A stretch of 64,000 bases of DNA, taken from an uncultured virus (IMG/VR IMGVR_UViG_3300017917_003066) (Duplodnaviria; Heunggongvirae; Uroviricota; Caudoviricetes). The stretch lies in IMG/VR virus record IMGVR_UViG_3300017917_003066. One strand, written 5' to 3'. The position numbers and the translations under genes are program-made. Below are positions 39,988 through 50,854 of the stretch, in pieces. Position 1 is the first letter of the stretch. Every line of letters starts with the position of its first letter. The notes beneath the pieces were generated by a model, which worked only from the letters and a program-made list of their open reading frames with translations, was not told the DNA's origin and searched no databases.

Positions 39988-41598
39988 ATGAAGTTTAGAT
40001 ATGACAAAGATAAAGAAGAATTAGTTGTATCCGAAGCCACAAGAATTGAATATCACCAATTAGGGCTTTGGTTAACTCGTCATGTAAAAGGTTACAAGTT
40101 CATGCCTGCTTTCAAAATGGGTGTTTGGAACGGACAACAATCTTATTTTAAGAATGGTAGAATAAACCTTGGTCTTTGGAAAGAAGCAATGAGAGGTTGT
40201 AGAGAAATTGATGCTCCTTTTATTTTAGAAAACAAAGATGAGTTTCCTCTAAATCGAGATGTTACTTTAGAAGGTGTTAGAGATTTCTGTAAAGATTATT
40301 TCAAAAGTCATAAAGTAAGAACTAAATCAGGTGAGTGGATTCCATTTATGCCATACGATCATCAAATAGAAGCGGCTTATAAAATTCTAAAGAATAGATA
40401 TTGTATGGCTGAAGTTGCTACTTCTGGTGGTAAATCACTTATAATATCTATTGTTATATTTTATACGCTTAGAAATATAGAGCCAAAAGCTAAGTTTTTA
40501 ATTATAGTACCTTCGATTACTCTTGTTACTCAATTTTATGATAATATAGTTGAATATAATTATGGTGTTAATAACATATTAGAAATGAGAGAAAAGAAAA
40601 TAGACCATATTTTAAATGATGCTCATCTTCCTTGTGATGTTAGAATTGAAGAAGTAATGTCAGAAAGACCTCGTAAATGGTCGGGTACTTTAGATGCTAA
40701 TGTTTACATTGGTACTTATCAGTCTCTAGAAAAATGGCCCAAAGAATTCTTTAAACAGTTTCATACTGTTTGTACAGATGAAGCACACGGTGCTAAAGCA
40801 AAAACAATTACAACTATTTTAGGTCATACATTTAATAGTGCTTATTCAAGATTTGGAGTATCTGGTACTTTCCCTGAAGAGAACACTTGTGAGATTTTAA
40901 CGATTCAATCAGTTTTGGGTCCTAAGATTACAGAGGTTTCTGCTATGGAACTAAAAGAAAAGGGTATTATTACACCTATGGATATTAAAGTTGTTATTAT
41001 GAATCATGAAGATTTAGAGTTTGATGATAGAATGACACAAATAAGAAAAGGTGGTTACGGTAAAGAGGCATTTGAGTTAGAAAAAGATTACATACATCAA
41101 TCTGGAAAAAGATTAGAGTTTATTAAAAAAATTGTTAATAAGTGTGACTCAAATACTTTATTACTATTTCATACAATTGACTATGGTCAACAAATATACA
41201 ATACTCTAAGTAAAGACTTAACTGACAAAGAGTTTTACTATATTGATGGGGAAATATCCGGTAAAAAGAGAGAAGAAATTAAAAAAATGATGGAAGTCAC
41301 CGATGGTAAAGTAAAAGTACTCGTTGCTTCTTATGGTACCTTATCTACTGGTGTTTCTATCAATGCTATCTTTAATGTTATTTTTGCGGATTCATTCAAA
41401 TCAGAACAAATTATTATTCAATCAATAGGACGTGCTTTGCGTTTACATGATGATAAAAAGAAAGCAAATATATTTGATTTAGTTGACGTTTTCTCAAGTA
41501 AAGAAATGTCTAATATTTTATTTAAACATTTCAAAGAACGTGAAAAATTTTATATAAAAAGAGGTTATCCTTATAAAATAATTAAAGTCAATATATAA
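39988..41598 (+). CDS. uvsW: UvsW-like SF2 DNA helicase
   Basis: ATSGGKS, DEAH, SGT, STGVSI, QSIGRALR. Confidence 0.88.
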   Translation: MKFRYDKDKEELVVSEATRIEYHQLGLWLTRHVKGYKFMPAFKMGVWNGQQSYFKNGRINLGLWKEAMRGCREIDAPFILENKDEFPLNRDVTLEGVRDFCKDYFKSHKVRTKSGEWIPFMPYDHQIEAAYKILKNRYCMAEVATSGGKSLIISIVIFYTLRNIEPKAKFLIIVPSITLVTQFYDNIVEYNYGVNNILEMREKKIDHILNDAHLPCDVRIEEVMSERPRKWSGTLDANVYIGTYQSLEKWPKEFFKQFHTVCTDEAHGAKAKTITTILGHTFNSAYSRFGVSGTFPEENTCEILTIQSVLGPKITEVSAMELKEKGIITPMDIKVVIMNHEDLEFDDRMTQIRKGGYGKEAFELEKDYIHQSGKRLEFIKKIVNKCDSNTLLLFHTIDYGQQIYNTLSKDLTDKEFYYIDGEISGKKREEIKKMMEVTDGKVKVLVASYGTLSTGVSINAIFNVIFADSFKSEQIIIQSIGRALRLHDDKKKANIFDLVDVFSSKEMSNILFKHFKEREKFYIKRGYPYKIIKVNI

Positions 41599-41633
41599 CT
41601 CAGAAGACCACATCTTTAATATATAATAAAGAT

Positions 41634-43901
41634 ATGGCACTTACTCCGATAAAATCAGTTAGAATAAGAGGTGATGAGAAAACCAATAAACCCGGTGGTT
41701 TAGATGGTCGTCTTGTTTTAAATAATGATGACAAAGATAGAGTTGTTATTGTCTATTTCGCAGATACTAACAATCCATATCATAGTAAGTTTATTTTTCC
41801 AACATTTCCTAGAAAAGATTGGAAAGATAAATCAAATGATGATATAATAAAAGCATTTTTAGATAATTACCCTAAGTGGTCTATAATACAAGATCCTTAT
41901 GATGCTACTAATATACCATCAGATCCTAATTATGTTCCACCCGCAGCAGGAGCCACATCTTCCACAGGAACAACAGCTTCTGTTCCACCTACTGGAGCAT
42001 CAGCTAGTAGCTCAGAAATAGGATTATCAGCTAGTAATGCTGCTACTGCACCTGTCTCTTTACCGGCTGTAAATAAACTCGTAGTTGGTAAAGTAATTAT
42101 TAAAAAGAAAAGTGGACCAGGTGTTATAACAGGTAAAACCGAAGAGGATTTAATAGATCCTAATAACTTAGGAACAAGTAGTGCGCTATTTAAAGAGCTA
42201 CAATTCACTGAACCAGGTGATTATGTTTTATCAATAACATGTACATCTGATGAGGTTGAACCAATGGAGATTAAAGTTAAAGTTCTAAAAGAAGATGAGA
42301 TAGTTCCTCAATCTGAGAGTAAAGGTGATGAAAAAGAACAAAAACCAGTTGAAGGTAATAGACCTATAATTGCTCAAATTGATAAACCAACTATTGTTGT
42401 ACCAACTATAACAATGAAACAAGATGGCTCTGGAAATGCAGGACAAGCGGCTTACACACAAGGTATGGGTTATACACCTTTGATATGGTATAAAGGTTTT
42501 GCTATAGAAGATAGAAGTTTAAAGTCAATGAGGTTATACCATGTTGGTTTAGTTCCGAAAATAGAATTTACTTTTGAAGACACAAAAGAAATAATGAAGA
42601 GTGATGTTACTCCAACTGATGATTCAACTATAGATTTATTCTTAAACTCAACTTCTAAAAACTTAAAATCAATACACATGATTTTTAAAATGGAAAGTTT
42701 TACTCAAGGTCCTGTGGTATCTCAACAAACCTATAACATAGTAGGCACAATTAACGTTCCTGGTTTATATGTTCAGAATAACAATACTTATAAAGGAACC
42801 TCATTTACAGCTCTTAGAAGTATATGTAAAGAGCTTGGATTGGGTTATAATTCAAACATTAATAATACAGACGATGAAATGCCTTGGTTGAATCCAAATA
42901 AGAAACCTTTTGAATTTATGGATGATATCATATCTAGGTCTTATATATCTGATGAATCTTACATGTCTGGTTATATAGACTACTATTATTGTTTTAACTA
43001 TGTAGATATTGAAAAAGAGATGAATAGAGATGCAAGCCAAGATGTTGGTTTAGAAACATCTGGTATGTCAGAGCAATCTAATAAAGATGAAACTTCTAGA
43101 ATAATACCTTTGAAATTAACAACTGATGATTCTCAAAAATCAACATCTAACTATATTGAAAAGTATGAGAAAATAAATGATTCAACAAAAAAATCATTAA
43201 AAGAAGGTTATGCTACTATAACAAAATTTTATGATAGAATAAAAAAACAATTTTTAGTATTTACTGTTGACTCAACCACATCAGATGGTAGTAAGTCGAT
43301 AATAATGAAAGGTGCTGAGAATGATGATAAATACCAAAATCAAAATGTCAAGCATAAGTTTATGGGTAAACTTGACACTGACAATGTTCATAAAAACTAC
43401 AACTATGCTGGAACACAAAATAGAATAAATCTTAATAACTTAAATAAAGTTGTTATAAATGCCACATTGCCAAATGCTAACTGGAATTTATATAAATTTA
43501 TGAAAGTTGATGTTTCTATAGTAAATCCAACTTCAACTCCAACAAATCCTGGTGTTATAGACTGGAGATATTCTGGTTTCTACATAGTTGCTGATATAGA
43601 GTACATTTGGAATGGTAAGAGCATGTCTCAAAAGGTTAGACTTGTAAGAAAAGAATTAGGTAAGACACCAGACGAGGCTAAGAATAATCCACCTCAAAAG
43701 AAACCTAAGGAAGTTAAAGAAAATAATCCTAATCCAATACCGGGCATGACTTCTTCTATAGTACCAGCACCTAATACTATTTATAAAGTAGGTGATGTTT
43801 ATTTGGTTCAGGATAAAGAAGGTAATAAATATGAATTGACTATTACAAGTCTTCAACCTAATGGTATAGAAGTAAAAGGAACTTTAAAAAAGAAATCGTA
43901 A
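41634..43901 (+). CDS. Putative baseplate hub / tail structural protein
   Basis: Late-promoter motif; C-terminal YSGFYIVADIEY typical of gp27/gpD-like hubs. Confidence 0.5.
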   Translation: MALTPIKSVRIRGDEKTNKPGGLDGRLVLNNDDKDRVVIVYFADTNNPYHSKFIFPTFPRKDWKDKSNDDIIKAFLDNYPKWSIIQDPYDATNIPSDPNYVPPAAGATSSTGTTASVPPTGASASSSEIGLSASNAATAPVSLPAVNKLVVGKVIIKKKSGPGVITGKTEEDLIDPNNLGTSSALFKELQFTEPGDYVLSITCTSDEVEPMEIKVKVLKEDEIVPQSESKGDEKEQKPVEGNRPIIAQIDKPTIVVPTITMKQDGSGNAGQAAYTQGMGYTPLIWYKGFAIEDRSLKSMRLYHVGLVPKIEFTFEDTKEIMKSDVTPTDDSTIDLFLNSTSKNLKSIHMIFKMESFTQGPVVSQQTYNIVGTINVPGLYVQNNNTYKGTSFTALRSICKELGLGYNSNINNTDDEMPWLNPNKKPFEFMDDIISRSYISDESYMSGYIDYYYCFNYVDIEKEMNRDASQDVGLETSGMSEQSNKDETSRIIPLKLTTDDSQKSTSNYIEKYEKINDSTKKSLKEGYATITKFYDRIKKQFLVFTVDSTTSDGSKSIIMKGAENDDKYQNQNVKHKFMGKLDTDNVHKNYNYAGTQNRINLNNLNKVVINATLPNANWNLYKFMKVDVSIVNPTSTPTNPGVIDWRYSGFYIVADIEYIWNGKSMSQKVRLVRKELGKTPDEAKNNPPQKKPKEVKENNPNPIPGMTSSIVPAPNTIYKVGDVYLVQDKEGNKYELTITSLQPNGIEVKGTLKKKS

Positions 43902-43904
43902 TAT

Positions 43905-45923
43905 ATGGCTGAAACACAAAGTACTACTACACAAACAGAAGCCACTGCGCCAACTGGTGATATAAAAATATTTTTAGACGCATTTAATAAAGATTTTGAC
44001 AATCTACTTAAAGAATACACTGATGCTCAAAATAATGTTATAAACATTTGGAATGATGCCATAAAGATATCAACTCCAAGAAGCTCTACTTGGCCTAAAG
44101 ATGAAAGTGTAAAAACAATTGGTGATTTATTTAAATATACTTTTCCAGATCCTACAACATCTACTATTAATTTACCACCAACACCTATTATAACTAATTA
44201 TGTTTCATCAACAGTTGATACTCAAAAAGCAGAAGATAGAAAGTCTTTTGTGGCTGATTTAGAAAATAGTAAAGATCCTAAGATAAAAGAGTTTTATAAA
44301 AAAATAAAATCCGCTATTTATGCAAATAAAAAACTCAATCATTATAAAAGTTTAAAAAATCCAGGAATAACAAATCCAAGTCTTTGGTCACCTGGTCAGT
44401 TTTATTTTGATGTTTTTATGCTTGAGGTTCTTGATAAATCAGGTCCTATTTTTAATAAAAATAGTGAACTTAATAAAACCATATCTGAATATGGTTTAAC
44501 TTCGTCATTATCAATATTTTCAACCGATACTAATACAATAGAGTCAGGTACCGGAACAAGCTCAGTTTTAGTGAAACCTGGATATGCCTACTTTAGTGAG
44601 TATGTTATTAAACCTGTCAAAGAAAGTGTTGAAAGTTATACTAAAATAACAATAGACTTTTATGATAATTCCAGTCCTGATTCAGATTTTCCAAGCTTAC
44701 AGACAAAATATAGAAGCGGTTTATATGAAGATTTACAAAAAGATCCTACTTTTGAAAACTATAGAGGTACTTTAGACGAAGTAAAAAAAGAATTTATAGG
44801 AAACTACGAAAATACTCTTTTGTATAAAGCGGCAATACAAGCTGGTGATAATTATAAACCTCTTGTTCTACCTCGCGAAAAAGTTGAATCTGAAGTTGTT
44901 ACTCCAGTTCCTATATCACCACCTTTACCTGTTATAGTTGAACAAAATAATAATGAGTTAACTTTTAATATAGAGAAAACCGATACTTTTATAGTTGTTG
45001 GAGGAACAGTCAGTCCGCCATTAGAGTTAGTAATAGTGCCCAATGATGGAACAGAATATATTTTCAATGATGCTCAGATTAGTATGGATGAGTTGAGCGA
45101 TGAGTATACAGAAGGTGAGTTTCAAGGTAACGAAGATGATATATGGCAACCACCACCAGCTGAGGGTTATCCATCTGTTAATAGTGATTTGCTTAATGAA
45201 CTAAAAGGTGTAGATCCTAATAATCCAGATGCGTTAACAACTGACACTACATCTAAATATCCTGTTTCTAAAGACAAAGATGCTAATATTAAAGAGGTTA
45301 TAAAACAAGCTAAAAAATCAGGAATTACAAATAAGTTTGCAATAACTGCTATACTTGCCATTATAAGTAAGGAATCAGGATTTGTTCCAAAAAGTGAATT
45401 ATCTTATAGAAACACATCAGGAGCTAGATGTATTAAAATATTTGGCAAAAGAGGTAAAACAGAAGCTGAATGGGACCAATTGAGAAAGAATGATGTTTCA
45501 TTTTTCAATTTCGTGTATGGTAATAAATATGGAAATGATTGGACTAATGGATATAAATATCGAGGAAGAGGATTTAATCAAATAACTTTTAAATCTATTT
45601 ATGAAAAGTATGGAAAAGCCACGGGTTATGATATTATTAATGATCCTGATTTATTAAATACTGTTCCAGTAGCAGCGGCTTGTGCCATAGAGTACTTTAA
45701 AACAGCAATTGCTGGAGCTCCTAATAGTATAAGAAGTCAGTATAATTTTACTAATATAAACTCCTTCAAAAATCTAAACGACGCAACTGGTGCTATATAT
45801 CATGCTAATGCTGGTTTTGGTAATAGTTACGCCACAATAGTTGCCGATTCTACAGGTGGTAGAAAGAAAGCATTTAATGCGGCTGGTCCTCTTTATAACA
45901 CCTATTCGTCTCAGATGGCTTAA
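43905..45923 (+). CDS. Tail-associated protein with C-terminal GH19 (lysozyme/chitinase-like) domain
   Basis: KESG...E, YRGRGFNQIT, NDPDLL. Confidence 0.85.
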   Translation: MAETQSTTTQTEATAPTGDIKIFLDAFNKDFDNLLKEYTDAQNNVINIWNDAIKISTPRSSTWPKDESVKTIGDLFKYTFPDPTTSTINLPPTPIITNYVSSTVDTQKAEDRKSFVADLENSKDPKIKEFYKKIKSAIYANKKLNHYKSLKNPGITNPSLWSPGQFYFDVFMLEVLDKSGPIFNKNSELNKTISEYGLTSSLSIFSTDTNTIESGTGTSSVLVKPGYAYFSEYVIKPVKESVESYTKITIDFYDNSSPDSDFPSLQTKYRSGLYEDLQKDPTFENYRGTLDEVKKEFIGNYENTLLYKAAIQAGDNYKPLVLPREKVESEVVTPVPISPPLPVIVEQNNNELTFNIEKTDTFIVVGGTVSPPLELVIVPNDGTEYIFNDAQISMDELSDEYTEGEFQGNEDDIWQPPPAEGYPSVNSDLLNELKGVDPNNPDALTTDTTSKYPVSKDKDANIKEVIKQAKKSGITNKFAITAILAIISKESGFVPKSELSYRNTSGARCIKIFGKRGKTEAEWDQLRKNDVSFFNFVYGNKYGNDWTNGYKYRGRGFNQITFKSIYEKYGKATGYDIINDPDLLNTVPVAAACAIEYFKTAIAGAPNSIRSQYNFTNINSFKNLNDATGAIYHANAGFGNSYATIVADSTGGRKKAFNAAGPLYNTYSSQMA

Positions 45924-45955
45924 TAGAACGTTTACTAAAAATAATATATAGTTAT

Positions 45956-48037
45956 ATGGCTTTTTTTAATAAAGATAATTCTGAAGGTTCTACTGATAAT
46001 ACCTCAGCGGATAAGGCTAAAGGTACCATTGCTGGTGTCTTTAATTCTATAGCCGGTGTTAATAGAACAAATGGTGTTTCTCCTATAGGTCTTATAGATA
46101 GAAATGGAGTAAGACAACCACCAGGATTTACACCTAATAGTAATTATGTAACTTCTATATCTACAAGTGACAATGATACTTGGTATGGTGCTTTATTACA
46201 AACACATCCTGATTATACAGGCAATTCCGGTTGGTATCAATATAAAGGAGTTGGTACTACAAAAGACTTATCAACATCAGAAAGATTTGATAGATCTAAA
46301 TCTTTACCTAATTTCAAAGATGATACTCCAGATCCATATACTAAACTATCAACAAGAGATTATCATTTATTATTTAATGATTCATCTACTGATTATTTTA
46401 AACACGGATTACATGTTATAGATAATAAAACACCAATTAGATCTGATAAGAATTCTAGAGAAGCTTGGGATGGTAGTGAGGATTCCACACCATTAAGACT
46501 CAGTAACGTTTTAAGAGATAATACTGGATTAGGTGGAACACCATATGAGAATGGTGATCCTGTTTTGTTTGGATTTGAGTTAATTATAGATGCTGTTAGT
46601 TCACCTTTATTAAATGGTTCTGTAGAAGACTTTATAGACCAGTTTAGTTCTATAAGTGAAGTTGCTGCTAGAAAGTATGTTCTTTCTGATTTTAAACAAC
46701 AGTTTATAAAACTATTTAAAACTAAAGGAAGTGTTTTTATAGACCAAACTGCTGATAATCAAATAAAGACATCAATAGTTACCTCAAATTATTCAAATAC
46801 TGATTCACAGACTAATGTATTTGAACCTGGTAAAAAAGCTTATTTATCATACTATCTTAAAAAAGTATCAGGTTTGAATTTACTTTTAGAATCAAATCAA
46901 CCAGCTAAGAAAAAATTTCTTGTTGATTATAGAAATGATGTTTTAAAATTAACATTCAGTGAAGATGTTTCTTTAACAATGGGTACTTTATCACACCTTT
47001 ATAAACTATTATATTGGTCAAAAGCAAGTGGTAAAAATATTATTCCTGAAAATTTACTTAGATTTAATTGTGATATAATAGTCTCTGAAGTTAGAAACTT
47101 AAACAGAGTTAGAAAGGCTATAGATACTGGTAATTTAGAAGTAGTAAAAGAAAACGTAAGTAGACATGTTTATTCTCTTAGAGAGTGTCAATTATGGTTT
47201 GATTTACCATCACATGATGATGAAATTGATTTATCACAAGCGCCTAAAGAATTTGACCAATTTGTAGTAACTATGGATTACAAGTATGTCACTTCTAAAT
47301 TTGAAAGATGGGTTCCAGATAGAAAAGGATTTGGTATATATGCTGGTTATAATAATGGCGCTCTTTGGAAAGTCGGTAATCCAAATTCAAGAGGCGAAAC
47401 ATCAACAGGTACACAATCAAAAGACAATGCTGGTACTTTAAATGATAATTCAGTTCCTAAGTTTTTCACCGCAGGATTAAATACATTAAAACATAATGGT
47501 GTTAAAACTCCTATTGTATTAGAATCATATTCTACTTCACAGGATGTTATAAATAATGACAGCTTCAAAAAAGATGCTTCTACTGGCGCTCAACCTAATA
47601 ATAGTGGTGATGAATCAGATGGATCAAATGAAACAACATCTAATAGAAAAGAATCTAGAACGGCTAAGGCAAAATCATCATTTGAAACATTCAAACAAAA
47701 CTCAAAAAAAGCTGGTCAGAAATTAGCTAAAAATTTAGAAAAATCAGCAAAGGCTGAATTACAAGGTCAAATAAACACTAGACTTAGATTATTAAATAAT
47801 ACTCTTGATAAAATAAGAAATGCTTCAGGTTTAGGAAGAATGAGAGAGCCTACAAATATTTATAAGGTACCTTATTACTACGAAGGTATCGCAAGTGGTC
47901 TTGGTGGTCAAGTTTCTAGTAGATTCTTCTACGATGTACATAACTCACTTAGAGACTTTGCGGGTGATGCTGTTGGTGGTCAGATAGGTGGACTTTTAAG
48001 AGGTGGTAATAACCCAGGATTATTCGGCGGTGGGTAA
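45956..48037 (+). CDS. Putative tail/baseplate structural protein
   Basis: Context; IIPENLLRFNCDIIVSEVR segment. Confidence 0.45.
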   Translation: MAFFNKDNSEGSTDNTSADKAKGTIAGVFNSIAGVNRTNGVSPIGLIDRNGVRQPPGFTPNSNYVTSISTSDNDTWYGALLQTHPDYTGNSGWYQYKGVGTTKDLSTSERFDRSKSLPNFKDDTPDPYTKLSTRDYHLLFNDSSTDYFKHGLHVIDNKTPIRSDKNSREAWDGSEDSTPLRLSNVLRDNTGLGGTPYENGDPVLFGFELIIDAVSSPLLNGSVEDFIDQFSSISEVAARKYVLSDFKQQFIKLFKTKGSVFIDQTADNQIKTSIVTSNYSNTDSQTNVFEPGKKAYLSYYLKKVSGLNLLLESNQPAKKKFLVDYRNDVLKLTFSEDVSLTMGTLSHLYKLLYWSKASGKNIIPENLLRFNCDIIVSEVRNLNRVRKAIDTGNLEVVKENVSRHVYSLRECQLWFDLPSHDDEIDLSQAPKEFDQFVVTMDYKYVTSKFERWVPDRKGFGIYAGYNNGALWKVGNPNSRGETSTGTQSKDNAGTLNDNSVPKFFTAGLNTLKHNGVKTPIVLESYSTSQDVINNDSFKKDASTGAQPNNSGDESDGSNETTSNRKESRTAKAKSSFETFKQNSKKAGQKLAKNLEKSAKAELQGQINTRLRLLNNTLDKIRNASGLGRMREPTNIYKVPYYYEGIASGLGGQVSSRFFYDVHNSLRDFAGDAVGGQIGGLLRGGNNPGLFGGG

Positions 48038-48060
48038 ATCTTTTTTATATATAATTTATC

Positions 48061-50142
48061 ATGCAAGTTGAAAATGGTAAAACTTATGTTGGAGTTGTTG
48101 AAGATAACAACGATCCAAAAAAAATGGGTAGAGTAAAGGTTAGAGTACTAGACGTATTTGACAACACGCCTTTAGAAAATATACCTTGGGCAAATCCTTG
48201 GAAGGATTTGACAGGTGATGAGTTTCTATTACCTGATAAAGGTAAAATAGTAACAGTAGTTTTTGAAAATGCTAATATAAATAACCCAGAGTTCATTTTT
48301 TCAGATCACTATAATGCGAATTTAGAAAAAAAATTATCACAACTAAGTGAATCTGATTATCTATCAATGAAGTCATTATTATTTGATCACAAGACTCAAG
48401 TATATGTAAATGATAGTGAAGGATTGAAAATTGACCATAAGTTCAATTTAATAAACATAAAAGACAAATCAATAGATGTTAATCTAAAAGATAATTTTGG
48501 AAAAATTAATTTAGGTACAGCAAACTCAACACAAAGATCTATTCTAGGTGATAATTTTCTAAACTGGTTTGATGATTTTGTTCAGATACTAATGGGAGCT
48601 AAAGGTGGTCCATTTCTGGGAAATTTAGGCGCTCCAGTTATAGCCACACCTGCTTTGTTGGGTAGTTTACAACTATATCAACAGTTAAAAGATCCAAAGT
48701 TTTTATCTAAAAATGTTTATATAGTTGATAATGATAATGTTGCTAAATTAGACAGAATTGCTGAGGGGCAAAAAGGTGACACTTGGCAGTCAACTGTTAA
48801 AGAAAATGAAATTACATCAAAAGAGCCGGTCCCGTTTAAACCAACGGATGGTTCGGCAGATACTACATTTGACCAACCACCTGTTAATACACCTGTTTCT
48901 TCAACACAATCAACAGTTGCTACTCAACTTGAGTCGAAGCCAAAACCTGAAGAAAATCCTGACGTTGCAATCATATTACAATTATTACAAAATAAAAAAT
49001 ACAAGGTTTATCAAAATACAAATGAAGTAAATATCATAGCTGTTAGAAATCAATGTATTTCAGTGGGTGATAGATATACAGATAGATTTGTTGATAAGAT
49101 TTATATAATGTTTATAAAAGAAGACGGTAATTGGGAAATTAAACATTATATGTTCTCTACTGTACCTGGTCTTAAATTCACAATAACTCAAAGTTGGATA
49201 AATGAAAAAAATGTACCAACTTTGAGTAAATTTATAGGAAAGACAGTATTCATGAAAGATTATTTTAGAAATCTTTCTTCATTAGGTGATTCAAAATCAA
49301 GAGCTGGTTTGCCTATATTAGCACCTTCTCAGTATATTGATTCCTATTATATTTCTGAGTATAGAGGTGATAAAGCAATGTTAGTAATAAACGGTGCTCA
49401 GCAATTGGTATGGAGAGATCGTAATTATGCACAATTTGATAAGTTCTATCCATCCAACTTCAGTTCACCAGATATAATAACTCAAAGTACATTTAGTGAT
49501 TTAGGACTAAAAATACACCGAGGTTATCCAGGTGGTAAGAGTGTCGGTAATTGGTCTGAGGGATCTCAAGTATTTTCAAGTGAGCAAGATCTTAAAGATT
49601 TTTTTGGTTTTTGTGAAAAACATAAACAAAAATATGGTAATAAATTCACATATACTCTTGTTACTAAAAATGATTGGGATGAGGCTACTAAAAATGTAGA
49701 AGCAAATAAATCAGTTGATGTAGTTAGTGCAACTCAAAGTTCTCCAACAGTAGTTACTGGTAATTTTAATACTCCAGTTAATGAAAATCCACAAGACACT
49801 CAAGGTGGTACACAAAGTACTATAAATCAAACCGGTACTCAAAGCACTCCTCCTCAAAGTCAAGTATCACCTAGCCAGTATATAATTGGAATTTTAAATC
49901 CATCTTCTGAATTAGCTAAAAAGGTAAATGGAACTATTAATATAACTAAATCTGGAACAGATAGCGTTGCTGTTGGTATTGTATCTGGTCTACCTGATGG
50001 AAGAACAATCGGTCCTATCTCTGGTCAACCTAGTTCATCATCTAATAATTCATTAGTTGAAGATATAATTGTAAAACTTGAAAATTTAATTTGGGATAGT
50101 TATGGTGTTCCTGTAAAATTAGTAGTTTTAGATAAAAAATAA
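48061..50142 (+). CDS. gp5-like baseplate spike protein (OB fold) with L,D-transpeptidase-like domain
   Basis: YVGVVEDNNDPKKMGRVKVRV...PWA; later IH...WSEGSQV. Confidence 0.8.
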   Translation: MQVENGKTYVGVVEDNNDPKKMGRVKVRVLDVFDNTPLENIPWANPWKDLTGDEFLLPDKGKIVTVVFENANINNPEFIFSDHYNANLEKKLSQLSESDYLSMKSLLFDHKTQVYVNDSEGLKIDHKFNLINIKDKSIDVNLKDNFGKINLGTANSTQRSILGDNFLNWFDDFVQILMGAKGGPFLGNLGAPVIATPALLGSLQLYQQLKDPKFLSKNVYIVDNDNVAKLDRIAEGQKGDTWQSTVKENEITSKEPVPFKPTDGSADTTFDQPPVNTPVSSTQSTVATQLESKPKPEENPDVAIILQLLQNKKYKVYQNTNEVNIIAVRNQCISVGDRYTDRFVDKIYIMFIKEDGNWEIKHYMFSTVPGLKFTITQSWINEKNVPTLSKFIGKTVFMKDYFRNLSSLGDSKSRAGLPILAPSQYIDSYYISEYRGDKAMLVINGAQQLVWRDRNYAQFDKFYPSNFSSPDIITQSTFSDLGLKIHRGYPGGKSVGNWSEGSQVFSSEQDLKDFFGFCEKHKQKYGNKFTYTLVTKNDWDEATKNVEANKSVDVVSATQSSPTVVTGNFNTPVNENPQDTQGGTQSTINQTGTQSTPPQSQVSPSQYIIGILNPSSELAKKVNGTINITKSGTDSVAVGIVSGLPDGRTIGPISGQPSSSSNNSLVEDIIVKLENLIWDSYGVPVKLVVLDKK

Positions 50143-50164
50143 TTCATATTTAATATATAGAATT

Positions 50165-50854
50165 ATGAAATATCTAATCAATTTCAATGTCTTTGAGTCT
50201 AAGAATGGACCAACTGAAAAAGTTATTCAATTAATTGATTACTTTAAGAAAGAGTATGGTGTTGATATTGATGATAAATTTGATATAAACCATCTTAAAC
50301 TTATTAAGAAAGCATTTAAAATGTTTGATAAAAAGTTTATTAAAAATAAAATAGATAGTATTATTTGTAAAGATCTAGGTGGTGTTCACGGTAGGTGGCA
50401 TGATTCATCTAAAAAGAAGCAAATGACCCTTAACCCATCTATATTCAAATTTAAAAAAGAGTTTGAAAATGGTGCTGATGATGTTCCTTATGATTTATTT
50501 GTTATTGTACATGAAATAGGACATTGTATAGATCACTTAGAAAGAGTTTCATATTCTAGAGAATGGAAAGCTATATCTGGTTGGAAAAAATTAGATAGAA
50601 GAGCTAATGTACCAGATGATTATGTTAGATATGAAGAAAAAAGAAAAGGTAGAGAGTTAGCTGGTCATAAACTATCAAATTGGATTCATAAAAAAGACGC
50701 TGAGTTTTGTAGAAAATACACTTCGAGAAACCCAAGAGAAGATTTTGCTGATTCTTTTGCTTATGGTGCCTTTGGTATGTGGAATAAGTTTAAAGGTGAA
50801 GATGGTCAGAAAAAAATGGAAATTATTAAGAAGATTCTAAAGAAGGTTGATTAG
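50165..50854 (+). CDS. Zinc metallopeptidase-like protein
   Basis: VHEIGH and EDFADSFA. Confidence 0.75.
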   Translation: MKYLINFNVFESKNGPTEKVIQLIDYFKKEYGVDIDDKFDINHLKLIKKAFKMFDKKFIKNKIDSIICKDLGGVHGRWHDSSKKKQMTLNPSIFKFKKEFENGADDVPYDLFVIVHEIGHCIDHLERVSYSREWKAISGWKKLDRRANVPDDYVRYEEKRKGRELAGHKLSNWIHKKDAEFCRKYTSRNPREDFADSFAYGAFGMWNKFKGEDGQKKMEIIKKILKKVD

